A stretch of DNA of 60,825 bases, filler included, from Hausera hauseri (lineage: Eukaryota): the NCBI GenBank assembly GCA_046269625.1. It is 11 parts of 11 records of this genome, joined end to end, with 100 filler letters (N's around TTAATTAATTAA, not from the genome) between each part and the next. Parts side by side here need not be neighbours in the genome. Positions count along the whole stretch, not along the records: positions 20,479 to 26,512 come from JBJURY010149978.1; positions 26,613 to 30,782 come from JBJURY010722991.1; positions 30,883 to 36,342 come from JBJURY010249847.1; positions 36,443 to 41,196 come from JBJURY010449135.1; 7 more parts are not named here. The stretch is one strand, 5' to 3'. The notes beneath the pieces are model-generated. The model was not told where the DNA came from. It saw only the letters and a program-made list of their open reading frames with translations, and searched no databases. The translations under genes and the position numbers were made by a program. Each line of letters starts with the position of its first letter. Position 1 is the first letter of the stretch. Positions 26,401-37,605 of this stretch are shown here, in pieces.

Positions 26401-26512
26401 CGATCGATAGAATGAAAGAACGAACGAGGGAACAAACGAACGTACAAATGAACGAAAGAACGAACAAACGAAATAACGAACGAATAAACGATCGAACGAA
26501 CGAAAGAAAGAA
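20479..26512. repeat. Degenerate tetranucleotide satellite (AACG)n with AAAG/AAGG/AATG/AACA variants, filling a whole contig
   Basis: Directly visible; top strand is very A-rich and T-poor. Confidence 0.98.
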
Positions 26513-26612
26513 NNNNNNNNNNNNNNNNNNNNNNNNNNNNNNNNNNNNNNNNNNNNTTAATTAATTAANNNNNNNNNNNNNNNNNNNNNNNNNNNNNNNN
26601 NNNNNNNNNNNN
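26513..26612. other. Artificial contig linker
   Basis: Same N44-TTAATTAATTAA-N44 structure. Confidence 0.98.
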
Positions 26613-27032
26613 TGGGAAGAATATAATACCCAGTTTTGCAAAGATTGCCTTATGCGAGATATTGGGAATATGTGTGATATAAATGAATCCCTGTTCTGTC
26701 AAAGATCATGCTGATGGGCGAAAGAAGATATTTAATAGCACATTTCCAGAATTTCGAATGTGCATATAAATGTAGCAAATTGGTAGCTATTCCAAAGAAG
26801 ATTACATGTATTTATCGTGAAAATGATTCACATTGTGCTTATAAAGTGTTTAGCGTTATGTCAAAGTTATATTGTTACTAAATGTGTTTTGAAATTAGTT
26901 AGTCTTAACCTATATAGTAGTTACTTAGTTTTACTTGGCCTTATCCTATATCCCACATTACTTGATCAAGAGGACAACACGATATTTCTATACTACATTT
27001 ATTAAACAAAAAATAAAAATGAATAACAATAT

Positions 27033-30000
27033 TTACAATGCCACATGTCTGTGAGGTAGTGTGTGGATTCCATTGATCAGGATGTGCCTTTTGTCATCCA
27101 TCCAATCTAGGCTATTCTTATGCAGTGTTACTGTATGGATGTCATGATCTCTAGACTGGATGCTTCACATCTCTGATGTGATATGAGTCTGCTCTCGCAG
27201 AACTCGCACATAGTCATTGAAGCCAATCTTCTTGGCCAATGTAGCCTTTTGAACGCCCTTGGCTCTCTTTTTGACCTGACTACATATGTCTAGAGCATAC
27301 ATTTTGGACCCGAGAGCTACAAATCTAGAGATGATTGCTCCATTCACCTCGTCTTTGAATTTCCCTAGGACATTTTTGTTGGCAATTGTATAGTTGGGAT
27401 GATCCTTTCTATATGCTCCGTTAACTGGACAAAGTCCTCATAAATGTTCTCTGTATGGATCTGATATATGAAACTATCAGTATCGATATAAATCAGATGT
27501 ACGGACTTGAACTTGGGGACCATTATATCTGTATATTATGGTTTTTGATAGATCCAATATTGCCATACCCACATATGTTGGCTTGTTGAATACCAATGCT
27601 GTTTTCAGCATATGGATGCTGACCAAGTTCTCAAAATATATGGTGCTGCTGTGGAAGTTGGGCTTGGCAATGAGCTTCTTTGCCGCTTTCACTTAGATAC
27701 CAATTCGATGTTGATCCTATTGCGGGTAATCTCCATGGTCTTGCCAAAGATTGAGTTATTGTAAAGTTTGAATTGATCCTTCTCAAAGTCGTTCTTGGCA
27801 TTAGTCCGCAGCTTGGTATTTAGATCTATGTATGACTGCAGTCGCATGGACTAGCTGAACTGGTGGGCTCTATGGATCTTATTAATACGAAGTCCATGTC
27901 TAACTGCCTGTTGGCGATTTATGTAGTGAACTACATACCTCACCCTTTTACCAAGATGACATAGCAGCTTTCTCTGCTTTCAATGGGGCGGAGTTCTGCT
28001 CTCAGGAAGAAAAGGCAGCTGTTGATACCTTGCGTGGATGGAAGCTGGATATTCCATATCCACCTCCAGTATGTATCCAATATTTCCAGTGGGATCCAGG
28101 TCCAGTATGGGGATGTTTTCAGAATTCTCGACCCATTTTAAGTTATCATAGGGCAATGGGACGCTCATTGCATATTCATACAAGTTGTTGGCATCCATGT
28201 ATGATATATAAGGATTCCTGGGATGAGTCGTATTCGGCCATATACTTGTTGTTGGCTTCGCTATACCGGTGAATGGCCTGGCATATTCCGCCTGTAATGC
28301 CTCTCTCGATCATAAGGATAATGTCATAATTCTTGATGAGCTTGGTTACAATATATACCGGTGTATCTCAGTATAGCTGCCTAGCTCATCCCTGGAGCCG
28401 TAAAGAAATGAGATTGATCTAATGCATGGCTCTTCATTGTGACATCCGTAAAGCTGTCAAAGACATCTATCAGCAGCAGCATGTCCGTCTTGAGGTACAT
28501 GTCGCTGTATTGCCCTAATGTTCGGCATTGGAATTCATGCGAGACATTCTGGGAATGCTGGTAGTCAGCATCACTGATATCGCAATCAGAGAGCATACTG
28601 TAAAAGTTCTTCTTGTCCTGCAATGAGGTCTCATCCAGTGTTTCGCATGAAGTTATATAGTCATAAGGAAACACGCCTTTCCTTCTGACAAGGTCAAATG
28701 CAGTGGGAAAGGATCGCTTCGTCTCCTTGAGTTCTTCTGCATGGAGGTTCTTCACTAAACTATCCAGTGACGAGCTCATGAAGCGGAAGCTGTCTATGAA
28801 GAGAAGTCGGATTTTACCAACATGCTTAGTGAAAGTGATATACTTCTCCTCACTGTTGGGGGTAGCATCAATGTTTCCTTCACTGCTGCCCAGTTCCCGA
28901 ACAATGAAGTGGGAATCATAGCCACTGAGATTATGGAAGATCACATGTACATATGTACATGTTTTGCAACGTAGATTGCAGTTGTTGCATGCTGCCCCTC
29001 GATATGCACCTGTAAAATGGCAATGATCCCTGACTTTATAATTATCCTTAGTGAATGATTTTGAGCACAAGTAACATGTTGTTGCCTTGCGCCATTCTTT
29101 TTCTTATTGCTTCGACATGCTCATATTATCCTTATGCTGCTGCTGCATATCTCCAATCCTATGAGCCATGTCTTCAAGTCGTTTCATGAAATGTGCTGCT
29201 GCACCTGGAACTCTGAATAAAAATGGTTCACTGTCCATTACTTTGGCATACATCACTATGATGAGAGTTCATGATTTTGGTATGCCGTTGTGCTGCTATG
29301 TTGAGGACTGGGAATGCATGTCTGAACTGGCCTGAGAATAGCTTCAAAGTCCCAATACACGACAATTGGGACAGTGAGGTTCTTCTCGAACTCCTTGAAT
29401 TCAATGTAATCCTCCTTGGGATATTTTGGCCTGATACAGTAATTGTTGTTGCAGTACATCTTGTGCTCTGTAAGCTTGTCTACTGCTGCATCACCACTGA
29501 AATGGGAAAAGCATCGTGTGCATATTTCGATTCTTGTTGTGTGTTTCGTAATTTGGGATCTGACTAGACGCTCAAAGTTCTTGATCCATACACAATGTTT
29601 CTTTTCTCCATCGTCTAGTAGAAGCAGATCCCTATGATCGTCCAATTCAGTATCATATACCTGCAGGGATAGAATTGGTCCTCATCATCCAATCCAATGA
29701 TGTTGATGGATATATTGTTGATTCGACGGAACTTCTTTATTTCATCTATGGATGGTGGGAACTTAATATATTGGAAGTCACAGTTGCGCTTCATATCATT
29801 ATATGGCCAAACTCGATCTGCTGCATGTTTTTTATCCCGTACGAGTTTACATAAAATGGCATACATGAAACACATGTTGTCATTATTATGGACATTGATA
29901 CATGATTTTTTATTCGCGATCCATTCCGAAAGCTGAATATATGAACTACCCTGCATGGGAGAGTACTTGTGAACATACACAAGCAATCTCTTGATGGTTG

Positions 30001-30600
30001 CCACAGTCTATCCACTCTTCTTATTCTGACTCTCCTCAACTTCACGGATCAGCTTCGCATGCTCTTCATTTAGCCATTTTACTATATTGGCATTTTCCAA
30101 TATGGGCCTATTTTTGGTCTTGAAGGCTCTATTGGATTCTTCGCCATAAACATTGATGAACGTGGCCTCCAGTTTCATATTAACCTTAAGGGCTTTGGGC
30201 TCAGTTATGTTGTCCTGAAGCATTCCCTCTATTTCCTCCTTTGTATGTTCCAGGGACTCCTTGATGGTTGTTTGGTCAGTTGCATCAATAACATATCTGC
30301 AGCTTTTTCTCTTTAATACTGCAGCATCAATTGGCCTCTGTCTTTGAATTTTGTTGGAGCCGCTGCACCTGATGGGCCTGATGCGCCTGATGGGCCTGAT
30401 GCACATGATGCGGCTGCGCGTTTCAATTCTCTAAGATGTTTCGCAGCTGATGCACCAGATCCTGCAGCATAATGCAAGGCAGAATACTGCGAAGCAGATG
30501 CATCAATATTATGTTGCTCATTATACATGGCCTTCTTGGACTTTGATGCGAAGTGACTCAAATGATGCTAGTGATCATAATAGAACTGTATGTAATGCGC
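27033..30600 (-). mobile_element. Polinton/adintovirus-like pPolB remnant, copy 2 (longer N-terminus)
   Basis: AFKTKN, ESQNKKSG, NNDNMCFMYAIL, VVYWDFEA, DHCHFTGAYRGAACNNCNL, FHNLSGYDSH, RKGVFPYDY, MDANNLY, NKPTYVGMAILDLSK, GSKMYA, AKGV, DDKR. Confidence 0.92.
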
Positions 30601-30782
30601 ACCGCATACAGTCTCGCATCCCGGACATATATATAATATTGGATATTATTGGATTTGTATCCATAATACCGCTGCATCGTTTCATGACACTTTTGCGGAT
30701 TATGCGCTTTGGATGTGCAATAAGCATAGGAACCGCACATCTGATTTGCTTTTAGGACACTTGTTGTCATTGGCATATTATT

Positions 30783-30882
30783 NNNNNNNNNNNNNNNNNN
30801 NNNNNNNNNNNNNNNNNNNNNNNNNNTTAATTAATTAANNNNNNNNNNNNNNNNNNNNNNNNNNNNNNNNNNNNNNNNNNNN
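30783..30882. other. Artificial contig linker
   Basis: Same N44-TTAATTAATTAA-N44 structure. Confidence 0.98.
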
Positions 30883-30897
30883 TACCCGGTATCCCCT

Positions 30898-33800
30898 TTA
30901 AACATCTTGATACTGATCGGATTGTTCAACTAAACGATTGGGTTCCAAAATTTCCTCCCTCCTTGGAGCAAACCGGTCCAAGCACGTTTCTTCGCTACTA
31001 TTTACCGTTCTTGAATTGATCCAATCATCCGACCCTCCTTCTATTTTACAGATTTTATTGATGGGTCGTCGATAAATTTCACCATTCTGTAAAATCTCAA
31101 CTACTCGCACGACCCCATCTTGTCCTGGAAATATCTTGGTTATCTCAGCTATTGGCCAACGGTTCCTCCTTTCTGTCGTATCTAACACCCAAACTCTGTC
31201 TCCAGGAATAATATCTGTTCTCCCACTCTGCCATTTTTCTTTTGTCCTCCAAGATATCAATAATTCTTTTCTCCATCTCCTCCAATATTCCTCTCTTATT
31301 AACTACACATATCGCCATCGTGTGTTAACACTGCCCTTTGTTGTGCCTGTAAAGTGTGAATTAATCTCGGCATTGTGACCGGCTATGATAAAGTAATTAG
31401 GCGTGAGGACGATGTCATCCTTGCTATCGGTTGATGCTACCGTAAGTGGTCTGCTATTTGTTATTCCCTCGATTTCACATAATATAGTTGATAATTCTTC
31501 ATCAGTAACTTGAGCATCTCCCAGGATTTTGTTCAGTGCCCTTTTTACAGACTTTATTAATGCCTCGTAAGCTCCACCAAAGTGTGGTGCACCTGGAGGG
31601 TTAAATATCCATCGAATATGATCTTTCTCCAAGTTTAATCTCGTCGAGTAACTATCCACTTGTACTTCATAAATTTCATTATCAGCTCCGACGAAATTCG
31701 TTCCGTTATCCGAAACGACTATTGATGGACGCCCCCTTCTTGACATGAACCTTTTAAATGCTCGGATAAATGAATCCCTGTACAAACCTAAAGCTATTTC
31801 CAAATGTACACCTCGACAAACTAGACATGTAAAAAGGCAAATGAAACGTTTCGCTTGAGCATGTCCCCTTCCTTGTTTGGTACTTATTGGTCCTGCGAAG
31901 TCTACACATATCTTGTCGAAAGCCTTTAAAGGAAGTTGGAACTTAAATGCTGGTAAAGGTGCCATTTTGACATTCATCCCTTTTGCTTTATCTCTTTGAC
32001 ATGTCTTGCAATAATTTTGATACGATTTTACTAATTTCCGCATCCTGGGGAACCAGAACCTTTGAGACAATTCAGCTACTTGGTGATTTATCCCCGCAAT
32101 ATGTTTCTACTTCATATGGGTGTCTTCTATTATTAGTTTTGTGATTCGGCTCTTCGGCGACAATATTATTGGGTACTTAAATCCCCAACTTAACCATGGT
32201 GTCGTAATTAATCGGCTGTTAGAACGTAGGATGCCTTCAGCGTCTAGAATCGGGTCTGCTTTGGATATCGGACTTTTATTGTTTATAGCTTTTTCTTCTT
32301 TAAGTAATTTTATCTCGTTCTGAAATTCTTGTTGTTGGTCTAATTTTATGAGTTTCTTCTCAGCCTTACTTTTAAGATATGACGGCTCTACATCTGTTAT
32401 GTTTATTCCTTCATCTTGTATTAATTGTTGTATCTTCGAGTCCACAGAATTCTGCCACCGGGATTTTTCATTCGTTAAACTCGTTTCATTTTCGTCATTA
32501 TTTATTAAGAAATTTTTTATCTCTACCTCCCGGTCATATCCCATTTCTGACCGTGTGAATAAACTAACAGTTTCTTTCCTTCTTTCTATATCCATTTTCA
32601 CTGCGAATTCTTGGGGTTGTTCCGGCCAACTAATTTTCTCATGAGACAGAAACTTCGGTCCATGCCACCAATTATAATTCCCCTTTACTATCTGTATAGA
32701 TTGACCTCTTGACAACGCGTCGGCAGGGTTTTTGCTTGTTTTCACGTATTTCCACTGAACGTTAGAAGAGTGTTCTTGTATATACGCTATGCAATTTGCT
32801 ACAAATGTCTTATAGTGTTTACTGCACTTCCGAATCCAGTGTAATACATTTTTACTGTCGGTCCAGAGTGTAACTCTTTTATTCTTCCCTTCCAGAGCTT
32901 TTATTAGTCTGTCCTTCAATTTAGCTCCAATACAAGCCACTAGTAACTCCAACCTGGGTATCGCAATCGATTTTACGGGAGTTACCTTTGCTTTAGCTGC
33001 TACCAACGTAGTGGAGAAACCTCCGTCCTTTTTCCTTGTCCTAACATAACCTACCGCGCCGTATCCTAATCTTGAGGCATCACAAAATATATGTAGCTCC
33101 AAACTTTCGTCCTTGTCTAATCTCAAGTATCTTTCGATCTCTATTTCGTTCAATAAATAGGTTTGTTCCATCCAAGATTTTATCCTCTTCATTGTCTCCT
33201 CTGGTCGTTTTTGATCCCATCCATAATTCCCAATCCATAACTTCTGTGTCATCATTTTTCCAATTATGGTGTAACAACTTAAGAATTCCAACGGATCATA
33301 TATTTTAGCTACCGCACTTAGTAATGTTCTCTTTGTAATTGTCTCTTCGATTATGATCCTTTTATCGAACGAATATTTGCCTTTTTGTGATAATTGTGCT
33401 TTTTTCCAATATGTTATATTCCTTCGATCTCTTTACATATGGGATTTCAGCGACAAGTTGTTCTGAGTTAGTTGCCCATTTATGTGGGACCATTCCTGCT
33501 CTATTCCATATCGTATTCAGTCCATGATATAATTCTACTACCGCTTTTTCTGTAGGCACTGCGTCTATGCAATTATCCATATATGTTGAACACGTTATGG
33601 TTTCCACTGTTCTCGGATATGTCTCTTTAAACTTTTCTGCATTAACCCTGTATACTAACTGTGCTAGAAAAGGAGAACTGTTTAGTCCGAACACTAATCT
33701 ATTAAATTCATAAGAAACTTCCTTATCACTTTTTCTCCATAAGAAACGTAGGTATTTTTTATCTGCTGAATCTACTGAGATTTGAAGAAACATCTCATGT

Positions 33801-36342
33801 ATGTCGCAAATTAAGACGTACTTGTTACAACGCATTCGGAGTAAGATGTCAGCTACGTCAAGCTGTAATTTTGGGCCGACCTCCAAGAAATCATTTATAC
33901 ATTTTCCTTTATTCTTTGCTGCTGCGTCGAATACTATTCGACATTTTGTGGTGTCTCGATCAAACCTAACTACGGAAAAATGCGGTAATAACCACTTTGT
34001 CTCTCTTTCCTCTTCTTTCGATACTTCTCTTATGTATGATTTTTCTTCATATTCCTTAATAACCTTACTATATTCGTTTTCTACACTAACATCTTTATCT
34101 AATTTCTTTATTTCCATGATGTGTCAAACCCACTAAAATCTGGATGCCTTTCTTCCTTCCAGGGTAATTTAACACAAAATCTATCGTTTTCATATTTTAT
34201 TCCATTCGTTACCTTTTCCAACAGTTCAATCTCCAAGTTGTTTAACTCCGTTTTTTCCTGGAACCCCTGTTCTGCTTCCCATAATCTGTTCCAATCCTCT
34301 TGCACTTCATCGGTTCTTTCCAAAACGTTCTAACAAAATTTGTCCTTACCTTTTTCCTTTCATCTCCGATCACACCAACGCACGTCCATCCGAGTGGAGT
34401 CAATCTGGCTACCGGTTCGTTTATTTCTCCTGCTATTTCTTTTATGGATCTATGTAGGTGCATGTAGTTTGCACCTATTATCCCATCAACCGATTTCGGT
34501 GATTTTTGAGTAGCGAATTTTATATTTCTCAAATGTGGCCATTTGTTTTTCTCGACCTCCCAATTCACGGCCATCATTTCCCCAGCTGGATCATGTAGGA
34601 CCAACGCTTCAAATGGGATGTTAACCTTCCCGTTCTTACTTAACAAATTCATCTTTACTCTTTTCATTTTCGATTTTGTTGTTTCTCCACCTACCACCAT
34701 GACAGACACATTTTCCTGATCCCCTACTAATTTTAATTGTTCTGCAACAGAGCGTTTGACGAATCATTCTGTGCTCGCGAAGTCTAATAACATGCATACG
34801 TTTACCTTTCGCTCTCCATTCTCCAACCATACGTCTACAGTACGCAATGCAATTTTGTTTCCTGTCGTTTTCCCTTCTGATCGTTGAATTACATACGTGT
34901 TAACCTGTGCTTCAATATCGTCCCCCACGTTTTCCTCTTTGTTTACTCTTTCTTCTGTATGACGTGTATAGAACGCTTTTTCTTGCTTTTTATAATTATC
35001 CTTTTTTGGGGTGATTCACGAACAAAGTGGCATTTTTCTCCCTACCTACAATTTCCATTCAGACAGTATTTACATATTCGTGTTTCAACTTTCCTTTCTT
35101 TCTTGTGTAAGAATCGACAGGTATTTCCGAATTTACAAGTCCCCTCCTTCTCAAATTCCCAACAAAGCATTTCCTCGTTCTTATCCGTTGTTTTAACACC
35201 GTTACCTTTCTTTGTGTTATCTTGAATTCGGATCCTATTCTGATTATATTGTCTATCTATGTAAAAGCTCTTTCGCGATTCTTTGTTGTGCCTCTTGTTT
35301 CCGAACAGTGTGTCATTTTTATCCGTAGAGGGGAGATCACTTTCAATTCTCGAACGATTGTTAGTTGTTGTTTGTTTAAATTTACGTTCATCTCCAAATC
35401 CTGAGGGTGATCTAGCCTCGAATGTGTTGAAAACGTTGATACCTCTAATTCTTTCAATGGTGCTCTTTCGTATACTCGCTTATGATTCCACCCAAGTTTT
35501 CAATTCTTCAACTGTCCGATTTAACCTTTTTTCGGCGGCATATCTCTCCCATAACAATACTATGGACTCTGGAAGCTTCTCTACAAGGCTTTGGTATAAC
35601 AACCCTCCACCTAATTCTTCTTTCCTTCCCAAATTTTTCAATCTTACTGATATGCCATCTAACAATGCAACGAATCGGTCTAGGCCTACGATGTCTTCTT
35701 CCCCTATTGGTTTAAAACGCATCACTTCAGTCATATAGGCGGCATAACACCGTTGTTTCCCTCCATAATAAGAATCCAGTTTTCCCATTGTAGCCTTATA
35801 GCCCTCTTCTGATAAATCAAAATTCTCAATCAGCCTTTTCGGTTCTCCATATACACATCTTTCTAACTGAAGCTGTTTGCATATGGTAGACATTGACGTT
35901 TCGTTCATACACGTATCGAACATTCTTCTCCATCGATAATATTCAACGACTGCTCCACCAAATTGTGGCAATTCCAACCTTTGTAACTTTGGCAGATTTA
36001 ATTTTTCTTTCATTTCGCTATTTACTGTCTTTTTTGTAGCGTTGGCGATCAATTTGTTATCCCGTAAGCTGCGTTCATAAACTATCGTGTTGATCTTTTC
36101 ATTTTGCTCGTCTAACCTCTCCATCTCGTTCTCCGGTAATGTTTCTTTTTCAACTTTCTAGCTGCGGTAGTCAACAAACACAATTCCTCTTAGACATTTG
36201 CGAAAACTCTTTCGTAACTTTGATAAAATACTTCGTAGTCGTGCTCATTCAAATTAACATCCATTAATCTCCTTCTAATCGAAGCTAATTCATTTATAGT
36301 TCTTCGTCGTTCAACAATGCGTTCTTCGAGCGCTTCCGCAGT
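30898..36342 (-). mobile_element. Degenerate BEL/Pao LTR retrotransposon (gag-pro-RT-RNaseH-INT)
   Basis: DUF1759-like gag LPKLQRLELPQFGG; protease ALRTVDV...LLDFAS and PVARLTPLGW; RT WLLPHFSV..TTKCRIVFDAAA, FGLNSSPF, TYMDN; LHIFCDAS, IPRLEL, NPADALSRG; integrase VDFAGP, SDNGTNFVGA, LTPN; C-terminal RWPIAEI..PGQDGVVRVV. Confidence 0.95.
35018..35164 (-). other. Tandem CCCH zinc fingers within the BEL/Pao Gag frame
   Basis: Manual translation: CWEFEKEGTCKFGNTCRFLH (C-x8-C-x5-C-x3-H), linker KKERKVETRI, then CKYCLNGNCR*GEKCHFVR (C-x7-C-x5-C-x3-R); same frame as gag ORF 35480-36124. Confidence 0.85.
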
Positions 36343-36442
36343 NNNNNNNNNNNNNNNNNNNNNNNNNNNNNNNNNNNNNNNNNNNNTTAATTAATTAANN
36401 NNNNNNNNNNNNNNNNNNNNNNNNNNNNNNNNNNNNNNNNNN
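36343..36442. other. Artificial contig linker
   Basis: Same N44-TTAATTAATTAA-N44 structure. Confidence 0.98.
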
Positions 36443-36852
36443 TCGTGCACATTCCTTCCCGGTACCGTTCGACTATTCACCACCCCACTGTTACGGGACC
36501 GGTGCCGACTCACCGATAACCTTTTCCAGTTACCTGTAAACCATATTCCGGTCCTGGCTCACTTTTTAGCCTTCGCCCCTTGCTTCTGCGCTTCATCCCA
36601 TCGACTTCGTTCCTTCGGCTTTTGATGCGCCTTTGCTGCCCCATCATTTCTACGTGCCACACATAACCGTGCACTGGTTCATTCTAATATCCGGTTTTTG
36701 TGCACTTCCCGTGCTTCCGGGGTGCACCGTGCACTTTTACGGTGTGTTTTTTAAAGTCTCCGTAGCAGGTTTAACCAATCCAGTGCCTGTGTGCGCATCA
36801 AGTACGCTTCTGATTTGCTGACGGGGGTAGGGGATGAGCCAGGACCGGCATT

Positions 36853-37278
36853 TTGCTCCTACCCTTTACCAAAATTCTGGAAATACCATCAATCAAATAT
36901 GTAAATGAATTTTTCTCTAGTCAAAAATTCTTTACAAAACGTTTACCAATTGAAAAAGACACAAATGTGATCTATTCACATGATGCTTTATTCATTCTGC
37001 GAGATTATAAGATTAAAAGCAAATTACCGACTTGGAAAAATGAGGGGAAAACTACAATAACTAATTTTTGGATACAATTAGGTGACAAGTATATAGTTAA
37101 AGAAACGAGCGTTATCAAGTTTATTCCACTGACAGGACATGCAAATTTCGAACTGGAAACAAACTCGAATTATTATTCCAATTATTTGAATATGAAAACA
37201 ATATCTGTCTATAAGAAAGTCGCACTAAATGATGTTATAATGATGGAACTCGAAGTGGAAGAGTCGACCACCCAGTAG
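36853..37278 (+). CDS. Orphan AT-rich ORF (141 aa) upstream of Gypsy copy B
   Basis: Open frame with ordinary globular-looking composition; no early ATG; no recognisable motif. Confidence 0.25.
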   Translation: MLLPFTKILEIPSIKYVNEFFSSQKFFTKRLPIEKDTNVIYSHDALFILRDYKIKSKLPTWKNEGKTTITNFWIQLGDKYIVKETSVIKFIPLTGHANFELETNSNYYSNYLNMKTISVYKKVALNDVIMMELEVEESTTQ

Positions 37279-37605
37279 TTTCGGTTTCGACAAGGCGGCG
37301 CTGAATTTTCGGCTGCCCGCCCTAGGTCATTGAGTCGGACGGCACTGTTCGCAGGGACCCTGCATCGCGCCCCTAACTACATACCCACCTCATTTTTCCT
37401 TTTCCTTTTTTCAAATAACATACACATTTACACCATCAAGGCATCACAAATAAACAAGACACAAATTTATAACATCTTCTGTGCTTTCGTCTGTTCATCT
37501 GACTTTTACATCACACACAACCGCTCTAACGTACCCATCTCTGGGATCCTAAATCTTTCTTCGCCTCATATTCAAATCCGTATACACTTTCGCATCCGTA
37601 GCGGC

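Noticed and set aside
20431-26467. Many long ORFs (RSFV/ERTN repeats, up to 820 aa)
   Set aside because: They are translations of a stop-poor tetranucleotide satellite, open in several frames on both strands
27033-36342. pPolB next to an integrase read as a complete Polinton or a new pPolB-RT hybrid element
   Set aside because: They are separated by an artificial linker, and the integrase belongs to a BEL/Pao pol
37261-37381. HDV-like or twister ribozyme, or a 5' LTR ending ACTACA
   Set aside because: No P3/L3/P1.1 arrangement or twister core; no PBS follows; the equivalent region in copy A does not match its 3' LTR
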